60,231 nt of DNA from the NCBI GenBank assembly GCA_046732035.1, contig JBKPMH010000050.1, forward strand, positions 1-60,231. Direction: 5' to 3'. This document shows positions 18,271 through 26,650 of the stretch, in pieces. Origin of the DNA: Verrucomicrobiota bacterium (GTDB lineage: Bacteria; Verrucomicrobiota; Verrucomicrobiia; Chthoniobacterales; UBA10450). How positions within the stretch are numbered: position 1 is the first letter of the stretch; each line of letters begins with the position of its first letter. The position numbers and the translations under genes are program-made. Under the pieces are notes generated by a model. The model was not told the origin of the DNA and did not search any database. It saw nothing but the letters and a program-made list of their open reading frames with translations.

Positions 18271-19463
18271 TACAAGGTTCGGCAAAAATCCTGGAAACGA
18301 TCCAAGCCTTTTTTGATCACATCGATACTGGTGGCGTAACTGAGCCGCACCGTTCGATCGTCCCCGAATGCAGCTCCGGGAACCACAGCAACGTTCGCTT
18401 TGCTTAGCAGGCGATCAGCGAAATTCTGCGAGGTCAGACCAAGCTGACTGATATTCACAAGCACGTAAAATGCGCCCTCTGGTTTGACTGCGGTAACATT
18501 GGAAATCTTCGAAATGCGATCGAACATGTAATTGCGACGCATATCGAACTCTTCGCGCATGTCGATTACGGGCTGTTGATCACCCTTTAAAGCAGCGAGC
18601 GCGCCATACTGCGAGAAGGAAGAAGGATTGGAGGCTGTATGGCTTTGGATCGAATCGACTGCTTTCGCTACAGCCTCTGGCGCCGCAAGATAACCCAGAC
18701 GCCAACCGGTCATCGCATACGATTTACTGAAGCCATTGATTGTAATCGTCAGGTCGTATGCTGCCTGTGAGAGCGACGCGATGCTCACGTGTTTCGCATC
18801 GTCATAAACGAGCTTCTCATAAATTTCGTCCGACAGGATGTAAATATCTTCTTCAGCTGCGACATCAACGATCGCCTGTAATTCCTCGGGTGTATAAACC
18901 GCGCCGGTTGGGTTGCCGGGGCTATTCATAATCAACATCTTTGTGCGCGGTGTCATCGCGTTCTCGAAATCTTCGGCACGCATTTTCCAGCCGTTACGCT
19001 CGCTTGTTGGAACAATGACCGGTTCGGCCCCTACCAACCTGACCATCTCCGGGTAGCTGACCCAGTATGGCGCTGGAATGACCACTTCGTCACCTGGCTG
19101 ACACGTGGCGAGGATCGCGTTGTAGCACGCGTGCTTTGCACCGTTGCTGACAATGACCTGCGATGCGCGATAACTCAGATTGTTGTCAGCAGCCAATTTT
19201 TCAGCGATCGCCAGACGCAGTTCCGGGATGCCGGCGCTGGGTGTGTATTTGGTAAAACCAGCCTCCAACGCCTCGATTGCTGCCCTTTTTATGTGTTCGG
19301 GTGTATCAAAGTCCGGTTCGCCAGCGCCGAAGCCGCAGACGTCTATGCCTTCGGCCTTCATGGCCTTGGCCTTGCTATCAATCGAAAGAGTGAGCGAAGG
19401 GCTCAGTTGAGCCGCACGTTCGGAGATTTCCATAGGAGTAGGGCAGGTTATTGGATGATTCAA
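18270..19463 (-). CDS. Pyridoxal-phosphate-dependent aminotransferase (aspartate aminotransferase class I)
   Basis: 397 aa. PDFDTPEHIK, GNPTGAVY, FSKSYAMTGWRLGY (PLP lysine). Confidence 0.9.
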   Translation of the reverse strand: MNHPITCPTPMEISERAAQLSPSLTLSIDSKAKAMKAEGIDVCGFGAGEPDFDTPEHIKRAAIEALEAGFTKYTPSAGIPELRLAIAEKLAADNNLSYRASQVIVSNGAKHACYNAILATCQPGDEVVIPAPYWVSYPEMVRLVGAEPVIVPTSERNGWKMRAEDFENAMTPRTKMLIMNSPGNPTGAVYTPEELQAIVDVAAEEDIYILSDEIYEKLVYDDAKHVSIASLSQAAYDLTITINGFSKSYAMTGWRLGYLAAPEAVAKAVDSIQSHTASNPSSFSQYGALAALKGDQQPVIDMREEFDMRRNYMFDRISKISNVTAVKPEGAFYVLVNISQLGLTSQNFADRLLSKANVAVVPGAAFGDDRTVRLSYATSIDVIKKGLDRFQDFCRTL

Positions 19464-19475
19464 ATGAAACGCAAA

Positions 19476-20552
19476 CTATGAGCGCCGATAAAAGTTTTCA
19501 ATCAGAGGTTTGAAATTATTCTCGTCGATTCGAACGATTCCCATTTCGCGCTTTGCGTTCTCGGGAGAATCGGAGGCGTGGGCGGCGTTGATCATGATCG
19601 TCTGACCGAATTCTTTTCGGATGGATCCTGGTGGTGCCTTGGCCGGGTCGGTTGGGCCGAGCACTTCGCGAATCTTGCGAACGGCATCGACGCCCTGGTA
19701 AACAATCGCGATCGATTTCTCCGTGCCGGGCGCGTCACGCTCTTCGGCCGGACATTCGCTCGGTTGTCGTCCGGCCATGAATTCGACGATGCTCTCCCAG
19801 TTTTCGCGGCCGCTCTTTGGGCCGAGCTTCTTCTCAAGCACCGCCAGCACCGGCCCATAGAACTCTTCCGCTTGCGCAACGCTCATCTGATGAACTTTGA
19901 ATCCGATGATCGAGAGTCCCGAGCGGGAAAACACTTCGATCACGCCACCCGGCCGCAGATTTGGGAACCTGAAATTGTCGGGCTTGATCAAAACCAGAGT
20001 CTTTTCGACTTGCGCATTGCTGGGAAACTGGACCACTCGGTCCAAAATTCCGCCGTCAGAATCCGAAAATTCCGCCCAAAGCTTCAAATCCCGCTCGACC
20101 GCGTTTGGATCGAAAGCCGCGAGTACACCCGGCTCGAAGTAGGTCACTTTACCGGCATCATCGGTGATGTAATCGCCGTAGGTATCGCGAATCGTCTCGC
20201 CACTGGTGCGCTCGTGCACAATATGTCCAACAGTGTGATGAATCCGGTCCACCGCGTCCGTGCCGCGAAAAATGAGGAACAACACGCGCGCATGCTCTCC
20301 ATTTTTTGTGCCCGTGAAATTCTTCAGGACGTAATCGCGAATTAATTCTTGTGTCGCGCGATGACTCGGATCGGTCTCGGTTACAATCGTCTCGGCATAC
20401 CGTTTGGCCAACTCCTGACTCGGCGCGAACATGCGTCCGCCGACGAGATCGAGTCCAGTGCGGGAAATCAGGCGGCCTACAATGCCGCCGGTGCGCGATT
20501 TACGCATCGAATACGGCGTAACGGCAACGTAGGCAAGTTGTTCTTTCTGCAT
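19476..20552 (-). CDS. ndk: Tandem-domain nucleoside-diphosphate kinase-like protein
   Basis: 358 aa. The C-terminal half is NDK-like (TLVLIKPD..., PGSIRKEFG, NAAHASDS with the catalytic His). The N-terminal half is NDK-like (AYVAVTPYSMRKSRTGGIVGRLI) but has EPGVLAAFD where the His motif would sit. Confidence 0.75.
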   Translation of the reverse strand: MQKEQLAYVAVTPYSMRKSRTGGIVGRLISRTGLDLVGGRMFAPSQELAKRYAETIVTETDPSHRATQELIRDYVLKNFTGTKNGEHARVLFLIFRGTDAVDRIHHTVGHIVHERTSGETIRDTYGDYITDDAGKVTYFEPGVLAAFDPNAVERDLKLWAEFSDSDGGILDRVVQFPSNAQVEKTLVLIKPDNFRFPNLRPGGVIEVFSRSGLSIIGFKVHQMSVAQAEEFYGPVLAVLEKKLGPKSGRENWESIVEFMAGRQPSECPAEERDAPGTEKSIAIVYQGVDAVRKIREVLGPTDPAKAPPGSIRKEFGQTIMINAAHASDSPENAKREMGIVRIDENNFKPLIENFYRRS

Positions 20553-20684
20553 AATGTCAATGTCTGCCGCGGCTCGTGATTAAACCGCGTGAAATGCAGA
20601 GAACCCGACGCCGCAAAGGCTGGAAGAACCTAGCTGGCGCCGTTCGCAGCGCAAATTTTTGTTTCTTATGCGGATCATCACGTC

Positions 20685-21548
20685 TTATCCAGGAGTCCTG
20701 CAGGAACCCAATACTGCAATCCATTTGCCGCGGCGCTTCACGCTTGCGATCTCCATGCCGTTCCGTTGGAGAACCCCAAGCAGTTGATCTTCCTGTCTGC
20801 GCAGCACGCCCGAGAGAATCAGCCAATTAGCGCGTCGTAGTTTGGGTACAACTTCAATCAACAATTCGCTGTATAGGTTCGCAGCGATAACGTCCCACCT
20901 AACTCGTGGTTTCCACCTGCGTACATCCGCCAATTGGAAGTTGGCGTTGTCGATTTGGTTGAGCCGAGCATTCGCTTTCGCAACCGAGATTGCTTTCGGA
21001 TCGATATCGATGCCAATCACGCGTCCAGCGCCAAGGCGTTTTGCCGACAGAGCAAGAATTCCGCTTCCGGTTCCAACATCTGCAAGCGACCAGCCCTTTT
21101 TCCATTTGCGACTCACGTGCTCGAGCAGGCGAAGCGACATTGCCGTCGTTGCGTGTTCTCCTGTTCCGAAAGCGGCAGACGCCGGTATGACTAGTTGGGC
21201 GTATGTTGGAGAACACCGCGTTGGACAACGAGCTACGGGAGGTGTCCCTTGCTCTGTTCGGGATGCAAGGGTGGGGGAGATCGATAAGCGGCTGCCGATC
21301 TTGATCGGCTTCGATCTTTGTAGACTCACGAATCGTTTAAGCCAATTGCGCGGCCATTTCACGACGCGCCCACCGAATTGTTCGAAAAGCTCTTGGGTAA
21401 GCTTGCGCGAAGCGCAGGTAACTTCGAGTCGCACCCGTTTCCGCCCGGGGCTTGAAATAACCGCGAGTTTACCGTTGGCGTGCGATTGCAAACTATCTTC
21501 ATGTACAGTAAGCCAACGCAGGTCAGCTAGTTTGCTCCAGTGATGCAT
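20685..21548 (-). CDS. prmA: Ribosomal protein L11 methyltransferase
   Basis: 287 aa. FGTGEHATT, DVGTGSGILALSA, VIGIDIDPKAI. Confidence 0.85.
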   Translation of the reverse strand: MHHWSKLADLRWLTVHEDSLQSHANGKLAVISSPGRKRVRLEVTCASRKLTQELFEQFGGRVVKWPRNWLKRFVSLQRSKPIKIGSRLSISPTLASRTEQGTPPVARCPTRCSPTYAQLVIPASAAFGTGEHATTAMSLRLLEHVSRKWKKGWSLADVGTGSGILALSAKRLGAGRVIGIDIDPKAISVAKANARLNQIDNANFQLADVRRWKPRVRWDVIAANLYSELLIEVVPKLRRANWLILSGVLRRQEDQLLGVLQRNGMEIASVKRRGKWIAVLGSCRTPG

Positions 21549-21627
21549 CCTTTAGGTAGCACACGCCTCTTGCCTGTTTGGCGCAAGCGCTCAACACTTC
21601 TCTTTGCGTCGCCCTTCGAGCGAAGGC

Positions 21628-21701
21628 TGGAGCGGGTGACGAGGGTCGAACTCGCGACTTTCTCGTTGGCAACGAGACGCTCTACCACTGAGCTACACCC
21701 G
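21628..21701 (-). tRNA. tRNA-Gly (anticodon GCC)
   Basis: Reverse complement is GCGGGTG-TA-GCTC-AGTGGTA-GAGC-G-TCTCG-TTGCCAA-CGAGA-AAGTC-GCGAG-TTCGACC-CTCGT-CACCCGC-T-CCA. The CCA is encoded. Confidence 0.92.
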
Positions 21702-21800
21702 CGCTTTGAAAGGGAGACAAATAATGTCCAGTCGTCCGCGGGACGCAACCTTTTATTGTCGTCGGAAGAATGAAATAGTTGAATCCAAGCAGGCTACGAA

Positions 21801-22457
21801 ATGCATCCTACGGTCAAATCAGTCACTATGAATAAAGCCATCATTATTTACGTTTGTTCCCTCATCCTGACGACAGGCGGATTTGCTCAGACACCGAGCG
21901 TATCGCCATTCGCAAGCACACCTGCGGCAACTCCTGCTATTTCAGCAACTTCGAGCCCTGCGAGTAAGATCGAGCAGTCGATCAGAAAAAGGCACAAGAA
22001 GCATTTTGGTGTAACAATCGGCGATAAGGACTTGGACGACCTCGATCGTCTCGGTAGCAAAAACTCCGGAGATATTCCAGAGTTCGTGATTCCGATTGTT
22101 GCCATCACGCTGTTGACCGTTTTTGGCGCGCCGGTCCTGATTGTCGGCCTGATCATGTATTTCAGCTTCTCCAGATCACGCGCTCTCCAGAAGACGGTTC
22201 GAATGATGGTCGAAAAAGGACAGCCTGTGCCTGAAGCTCTGTTAAATCCGCCGCCCGCTCAACGGCAGCGTTCCGATATCCGCCGAGGTGTCGTTCTGAC
22301 AATGATTGGCATTGGTTTGATGGCATTTTTTGGCGCCGTGAACGATTGGGAAGGTGGCTCGTGGACACTGGGGCTCATTCCATTCCTGATTGGAGTAGGC
22401 TATTTGCTTGTATGGAAGCTGGATACAAAGAGGGACAATCCGCCGCCTTTGCCGTAA
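21801..22457 (+). CDS. Membrane protein of unknown function upstream of the ECF sigma gene
   Basis: 218 aa. Signal-like N-terminus, Ser/Thr/Ala/Pro-rich linker, 3 TM segments, and an MVEKGQPVPEALL motif. It ends 10 nt before the sigma gene. An alternative start is MNKAIII at 21828. Confidence 0.55.
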   Translation: MHPTVKSVTMNKAIIIYVCSLILTTGGFAQTPSVSPFASTPAATPAISATSSPASKIEQSIRKRHKKHFGVTIGDKDLDDLDRLGSKNSGDIPEFVIPIVAITLLTVFGAPVLIVGLIMYFSFSRSRALQKTVRMMVEKGQPVPEALLNPPPAQRQRSDIRRGVVLTMIGIGLMAFFGAVNDWEGGSWTLGLIPFLIGVGYLLVWKLDTKRDNPPPLP

Positions 22458-22466
22458 TCTGCGGCC

Positions 22467-23003
22467 GTGGAGCTGAGTGATGCGGACCTTGTCGCACGAG
22501 TTCTTATCAATGAAGACCAGCACGCTTTCGGTGAGCTGGTTCGACGCCATCAATCCGCCGTGCGCGGTCTGCTTCGTCAACTTACTCGAACGGACGTTGC
22601 GCTGGCAGACGATTTGGCCCAGCAAACATTCGTCCGAGCGTACAAGAACATCCGAAGTTTTCGCGGTGAGGCGCGTTTTTCCACGTGGCTTTACCGAATC
22701 GCGTACAATTGTTTCCGGGAAGACGCGCGCCGACGGAAGGAACTTGTGGGAATCGATGAAGAACAACTGCAAACACAACACGATCCGCAGGCAGCTAATC
22801 CTGCCTTGAGACACGATCTTATGCACGCATTGAGTTTGCTTCCTTTAAATGAGCGGTCCGCGGTATTACTCTGTTGCCAGAACGGCCTTTCGCACGATGA
22901 AGCTGCTCGCGTGCTCGACATTCCTCTTGGCACGGTGAAAACAAATGTTCTTCGCGGACGCGAGAAATTGAAACGAATGCTTGCCGACTGGGGTCCAAAC
23001 TAA
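22467..23003 (+). CDS. ECF (sigma-70 family) RNA polymerase sigma factor
   Basis: 178 aa, GTG start. Region 2 FGELVRRHQSAVRGLL...DDLAQQTFVRAY...FSTWLYRIAYN, region 4 LSHDEAARVLDIPLGTVKTNVLRGREKL. Confidence 0.88.
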   Translation: MELSDADLVARVLINEDQHAFGELVRRHQSAVRGLLRQLTRTDVALADDLAQQTFVRAYKNIRSFRGEARFSTWLYRIAYNCFREDARRRKELVGIDEEQLQTQHDPQAANPALRHDLMHALSLLPLNERSAVLLCCQNGLSHDEAARVLDIPLGTVKTNVLRGREKLKRMLADWGPN

Positions 23004-23009
23004 CTAGAT

Positions 23010-23366
23010 ATGGAACAGGTGGACCAGGAAGATTGGCTCGATCGGCAGTTGCGCGAAGCGGTGCCGTACATCGACGACGACGGATTTACTGCTCGAGTGT
23101 TGCAGGAGTTGCCGCCGCCCCGACGCGCGACTGATTTGCTGCGTGGCGCCATTCTTCTGGGAATGACGTTCCTTGCGAGTGTACTCGCCTATGTTGTTTC
23201 AGGTGGCGGCCGTTTTGTTAGTGTGACTATTGAGCGTCTCGCATCTCTGCCTGCGTTATGGGTATTTGCGCTTGCGCTGGCCAGCGGTCTTGTGATCTCA
23301 GCCCTCGGCGCAACCGCCGCGCTGTCCAGAGACCGCAGCTTGGCTCCCAACTTTTTCAGAAGCTGA
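23010..23366 (+). CDS. Putative anti-sigma factor / membrane protein
   Basis: 118 aa. It begins 7 nt after the sigma gene, with a cytoplasmic N-terminus followed by 2-3 TM helices. The call rests on position only. Confidence 0.45.
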   Translation: MEQVDQEDWLDRQLREAVPYIDDDGFTARVLQELPPPRRATDLLRGAILLGMTFLASVLAYVVSGGGRFVSVTIERLASLPALWVFALALASGLVISALGATAALSRDRSLAPNFFRS

Positions 23367-23380
23367 ACGGACGGCGCTCG

Positions 23381-24313
23381 TTACGCGTCGCAAAGTTTGC
23401 GTGCCTGCTGCACATCCAACTCGATCTGCCGGGCTAATGCCTCGACACTTTCAAATTTTTGTTCCGGCCTGAGATACCGGACAAAACGGACTTCGACATC
23501 CTTGCCATAAATATCGCGGTCGAAGTCGAGCAGGTAGATTTCAAGCACGCGCTCGGTCTTGTCGCTGCTTACTGTTGGCCGATAGCCGAGATTTACAACA
23601 CCAGGAAAAACGATCCCATCTAGAGTGGCCTGCGCGAAATAAACTCCGTTTGGAGGAAATTGCTCGCTGTGAGCGCTTAAATTCGCTGTCGGAAAGCCGA
23701 TCTTTTTCCCGAGGTTTTCACCGCGCACAACCGTACCAAGGATCGTGTATTCACGACCAAGCATCTCTGCAGCTTTCGCGAGGTCACCCGCTTCGACAGC
23801 TTGACGGATCGCCGTGCTGCTCACAGGTTCGCCATTTGGCAGCGTAACCTCGGGAATTCCAACCACCTCAAAGTCGAATTGCGCGCCCAGTTTCCTGAGC
23901 AGGGCAAGATTTCCGCGCCGGCCTTTTCCAAACGACCATTCGTGTCCAACACAGATTTCACGCAGCGGTTTTGACTGAGTCACCAATTGATGGACGAAAT
24001 CTTCCGGCGACGTTGCGGCGAATGCTTTGTCGAACTTGAGGATAAGCAGATGCCGCACGCCGAGATCGCGGATCAAGCTGATCTTGTGTTGCGTAGCGGT
24101 AAGCAAATGCGGTGCCTCACTTGGTCTAAGCACTTTCATTGGATGCGGATCAAACGTGACGACTACGGGAATGCCGCTTTCCATTTTGGCGTGCTCAGCG
24201 GAGGTCGAAATGACGGCTTGGTGGCCGCGATGCACACCATCGAAGACTCCGATCGCCAGGAAAATGGGGCCGCTTAATTTCGACAAGTCAGAGATGGATC
24301 GAAGGATTTCCAT
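23381..24313 (-). CDS. ribF: Bifunctional riboflavin kinase / FAD synthetase
   Basis: 310 aa. AIGVFDGVHRGHQAV, FPTANL, E.YLLDF..DIYG. Confidence 0.92.
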   Translation of the reverse strand: MEILRSISDLSKLSGPIFLAIGVFDGVHRGHQAVISTSAEHAKMESGIPVVVTFDPHPMKVLRPSEAPHLLTATQHKISLIRDLGVRHLLILKFDKAFAATSPEDFVHQLVTQSKPLREICVGHEWSFGKGRRGNLALLRKLGAQFDFEVVGIPEVTLPNGEPVSSTAIRQAVEAGDLAKAAEMLGREYTILGTVVRGENLGKKIGFPTANLSAHSEQFPPNGVYFAQATLDGIVFPGVVNLGYRPTVSSDKTERVLEIYLLDFDRDIYGKDVEVRFVRYLRPEQKFESVEALARQIELDVQQARKLCDA

Positions 24314-24325
24314 CGGCCAAATTCT

Positions 24326-25048
24326 TCAAGCTCCCCGCATGCGTGACACGTCCGGGAGACTCAGAAGGCTTTTCAAAATATCCTCACGCTGCAGATCGTT
24401 AATTTGAGCTACCGTGATAGCATTTGCTACGTCGAAGCGACCGGATTTTGTTCGCCGCAACGACTTTAGGTGCGCGCCACAACCCAAAGTCTCACCAATG
24501 TCGTGAGCATAAGTACGAACGTAAAACCCCTTGCTGCATAAAACGCTAAAAGCGATCTCGGGCAGCTGAATTCGATCGATTGAGTAACGGTAGACATGGA
24601 CCAGGCGCGGCTCGCGCTCTACCACTTTTCCCTGGCGCGCCAGTTTGTACAGCGGCACGCCGCCGTGTTTTTTTGCCGAAACCATCGGCGGCATTTGATA
24701 GAAATCGCCTCGAAATTTTTCGAACGCGGCACGAATTTGAATTTCCTCCAGCGCTGGCACTGGCCGCTGGTGGATTACTTCGCCCTGTCGATCCTGCGTG
24801 TCAGTGGTTAGTCCAAGGACAAATGAGCCGGCGTATTCCTTGTCTTCGCTCATGAGTAAATCCTGAACCTTTGTGCCACGTCCCACCGTGATCAAAAGCA
24901 AACCGGTTGCGATCGGATCAAGCGTGCCACAATGGCCAACTTTCCTGACCTGAAGCTTTCGCCGGATGAGCGCCACCACGTCGTGCGAAGTCATCCCTTC
25001 AGCCTTGTCAACGAGCAAGACGCCGTCAGGACCCAGAGGAGTGGACAT
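24326..25048 (-). CDS. truB: tRNA pseudouridine(55) synthase
   Basis: 240 aa. GVLLVDKAEGMTSHDVV, VGHCGTLDPIATGLL (catalytic Asp). Confidence 0.92.
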   Translation of the reverse strand: MSTPLGPDGVLLVDKAEGMTSHDVVALIRRKLQVRKVGHCGTLDPIATGLLLITVGRGTKVQDLLMSEDKEYAGSFVLGLTTDTQDRQGEVIHQRPVPALEEIQIRAAFEKFRGDFYQMPPMVSAKKHGGVPLYKLARQGKVVEREPRLVHVYRYSIDRIQLPEIAFSVLCSKGFYVRTYAHDIGETLGCGAHLKSLRRTKSGRFDVANAITVAQINDLQREDILKSLLSLPDVSRMRGA

Positions 25049-25099
25049 GGTGCAATAATTAAGGCTAACGAAGCTACAACGTTTGGAGCGTTTGGAACG

Positions 25100-26101
25100 C
25101 TATGTCTTTTTATCCGCTGCTGTTCCTAGCGACTCAATCTTGGCGCAAATCTCGGCTAAGACTTTTTCCTCTACTTCCGGCAGTGTTCCCCTGACGCGCG
25201 CACCGGAAGCAAGTGCGTGACCGCCTCCGCCGAATTTTTGGCAAATGGCACAGACATCTACAATCTCTGTTTTGGAACGCATGCTTACACGCACTTTACC
25301 ATCGGACAATTCCTCAAAGAAAACGGCAACGATAACACCATGAACCGCCCGCAGATGATCGATCAACCCCTCATTATCTTCAGGAAGAACGCCCAGCTCT
25401 GCCGCATTTTTCAGCGTGAGACTAAAACTTGCAACACGGCCCTGTTGCTGGAAACGCATCGTGCGCAGCAGTTCCCGCAAAAGTTCCAACCGCCGTCGCG
25501 GATAATTCTCGTACAGTAATTGGCTGAGGCGTCCCACATCGATACCCGTGCGAATCAGTTCAGCGGCAATCTCGAATGTGTGGGCGCTGGTCTTTGGATA
25601 TTGAAACGACCCGGTGTCCGTAGAAATCGCGGCGTAAAGATTTTCGGCGATGTCCCGATTCAACGGCAGGTTTTCACTTTTAAGCAGGCGAAAAATGATT
25701 TCAGCCGTGGCCGGCGCAGAAGGATCCACGTAGACCACATCGCCATAGCCTGGATTACTCACATGGTGATCAATATTGATCCAGACTTTTGCCGATCGAA
25801 TTGCTGGCAGAGCCGTGCCGAGCCGGTTTTGAATCGCCGTGTCGAGCGCGATCGCTACATCGAAATCTTCCGAAGCCGACGGCGGTTTCGTCAGCAACTC
25901 GGCCCGCGGAAGGAAAGAATACTTCTCCAGCATACCATGTTCATTCCATACGCGAACTTCCTTCCCGAGTGCTTCCAGAGATAGGGCCAATGCGAGCTGG
26001 CTGCCCAGGGCGTCCCCGTCGGGCCGAACGTGGCCCAGAACGGCAAATCGTCGATGTGCGCGCAGTATCCGGCCAATTTCCTGGAACTTGGAATCGCTCA
26101 T
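25100..26101 (-). CDS. nrnA: DHH/DHHA1 family phosphoesterase (NrnA-like oligoribonuclease/pAp phosphatase)
   Basis: 333 aa. GHVRPDGDALGS, NIDHHVSN, FGGGGHALASG. Confidence 0.85.
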   Translation of the reverse strand: MSDSKFQEIGRILRAHRRFAVLGHVRPDGDALGSQLALALSLEALGKEVRVWNEHGMLEKYSFLPRAELLTKPPSASEDFDVAIALDTAIQNRLGTALPAIRSAKVWINIDHHVSNPGYGDVVYVDPSAPATAEIIFRLLKSENLPLNRDIAENLYAAISTDTGSFQYPKTSAHTFEIAAELIRTGIDVGRLSQLLYENYPRRRLELLRELLRTMRFQQQGRVASFSLTLKNAAELGVLPEDNEGLIDHLRAVHGVIVAVFFEELSDGKVRVSMRSKTEIVDVCAICQKFGGGGHALASGARVRGTLPEVEEKVLAEICAKIESLGTAADKKT

Positions 26102-26216
26102 TTTGCAGCCGCTTTGTTTGCGTGCCGGAGTCTTCCAGGCATGCTGGACAAGGAATCGATCGGCAAGGCGCGCAGCCCGCTAGGATAGAAGGCCTGCACG
26201 CCCGTGGCGACGCTCT

Positions 26217-26567
26217 TCACTTCTGGTCGCCTTGAGATGCTTCCATCTGCTTCATGATCTCTATGACCCGTACGCCGCGCTCGATGGAGTTATCAAGATG
26301 AAATACAAGGTGCGGCGTGTATTTCATCGTGACATGTCGCGCAAGCTCCGCTTGTAGCCCAGATCGGTGAGCAGAGAGCTTGCTGATTACACTTTCGCCG
26401 GATTCGGATCCCAAAACACTCACAAACACGTGGGCGTTTTTTAAATCGGCTGATACATCGACCTGATTAATGCTGACCAGAGAGCCTTCGAAATTTAATT
26501 CGCGTGCAATGATTCCGCTAAGCTCGCGCTTTACGACTTCGTTGATGCGTAGCATTCGATGTTTCAT
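26217..26567 (-). CDS. rbfA: Ribosome-binding factor A
   Basis: 116 aa. RINEVVKRELSGII...VSINQVDVSADLKNAHVFVS, located downstream of infB. Confidence 0.9.
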   Translation of the reverse strand: MKHRMLRINEVVKRELSGIIARELNFEGSLVSINQVDVSADLKNAHVFVSVLGSESGESVISKLSAHRSGLQAELARHVTMKYTPHLVFHLDNSIERGVRVIEIMKQMEASQGDQK

Positions 26568-26650
26568 CGGCGAAAAGTTGAAACGTTAAAAAGTTAAAAG
26601 GTTACAACGCAGATCTTTTCAACTGTCTAACTTTTTGACTACTCAACGAA

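Noticed and set aside
19578-20345. 255-aa ORF on the + strand
   Set aside because: It lies entirely antisense to the NDK-like gene. Its Arg/Leu/His-rich composition has no motifs, so it is a shadow frame of a well-supported gene.
20842-21543. 233-aa ORF on the + strand
   Set aside because: It is antisense to prmA, which has clear methyltransferase motifs. Its Ser/Arg-rich low-complexity translation marks it as a shadow ORF.
26575-26645. AT-rich words (AAAGTTGAAACGTTAAAAAGTTAAAAGG ... TTTTCAACTGTCTAACTTTTTGAC) between infB and rbfA, considered as a hairpin or attenuator
   Set aside because: The complementary words occur in the same order (A B ... A' B') rather than mirrored, so they do not form a simple stem-loop. 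This is probably just AT-rich spacer of the same word family seen elsewhere.
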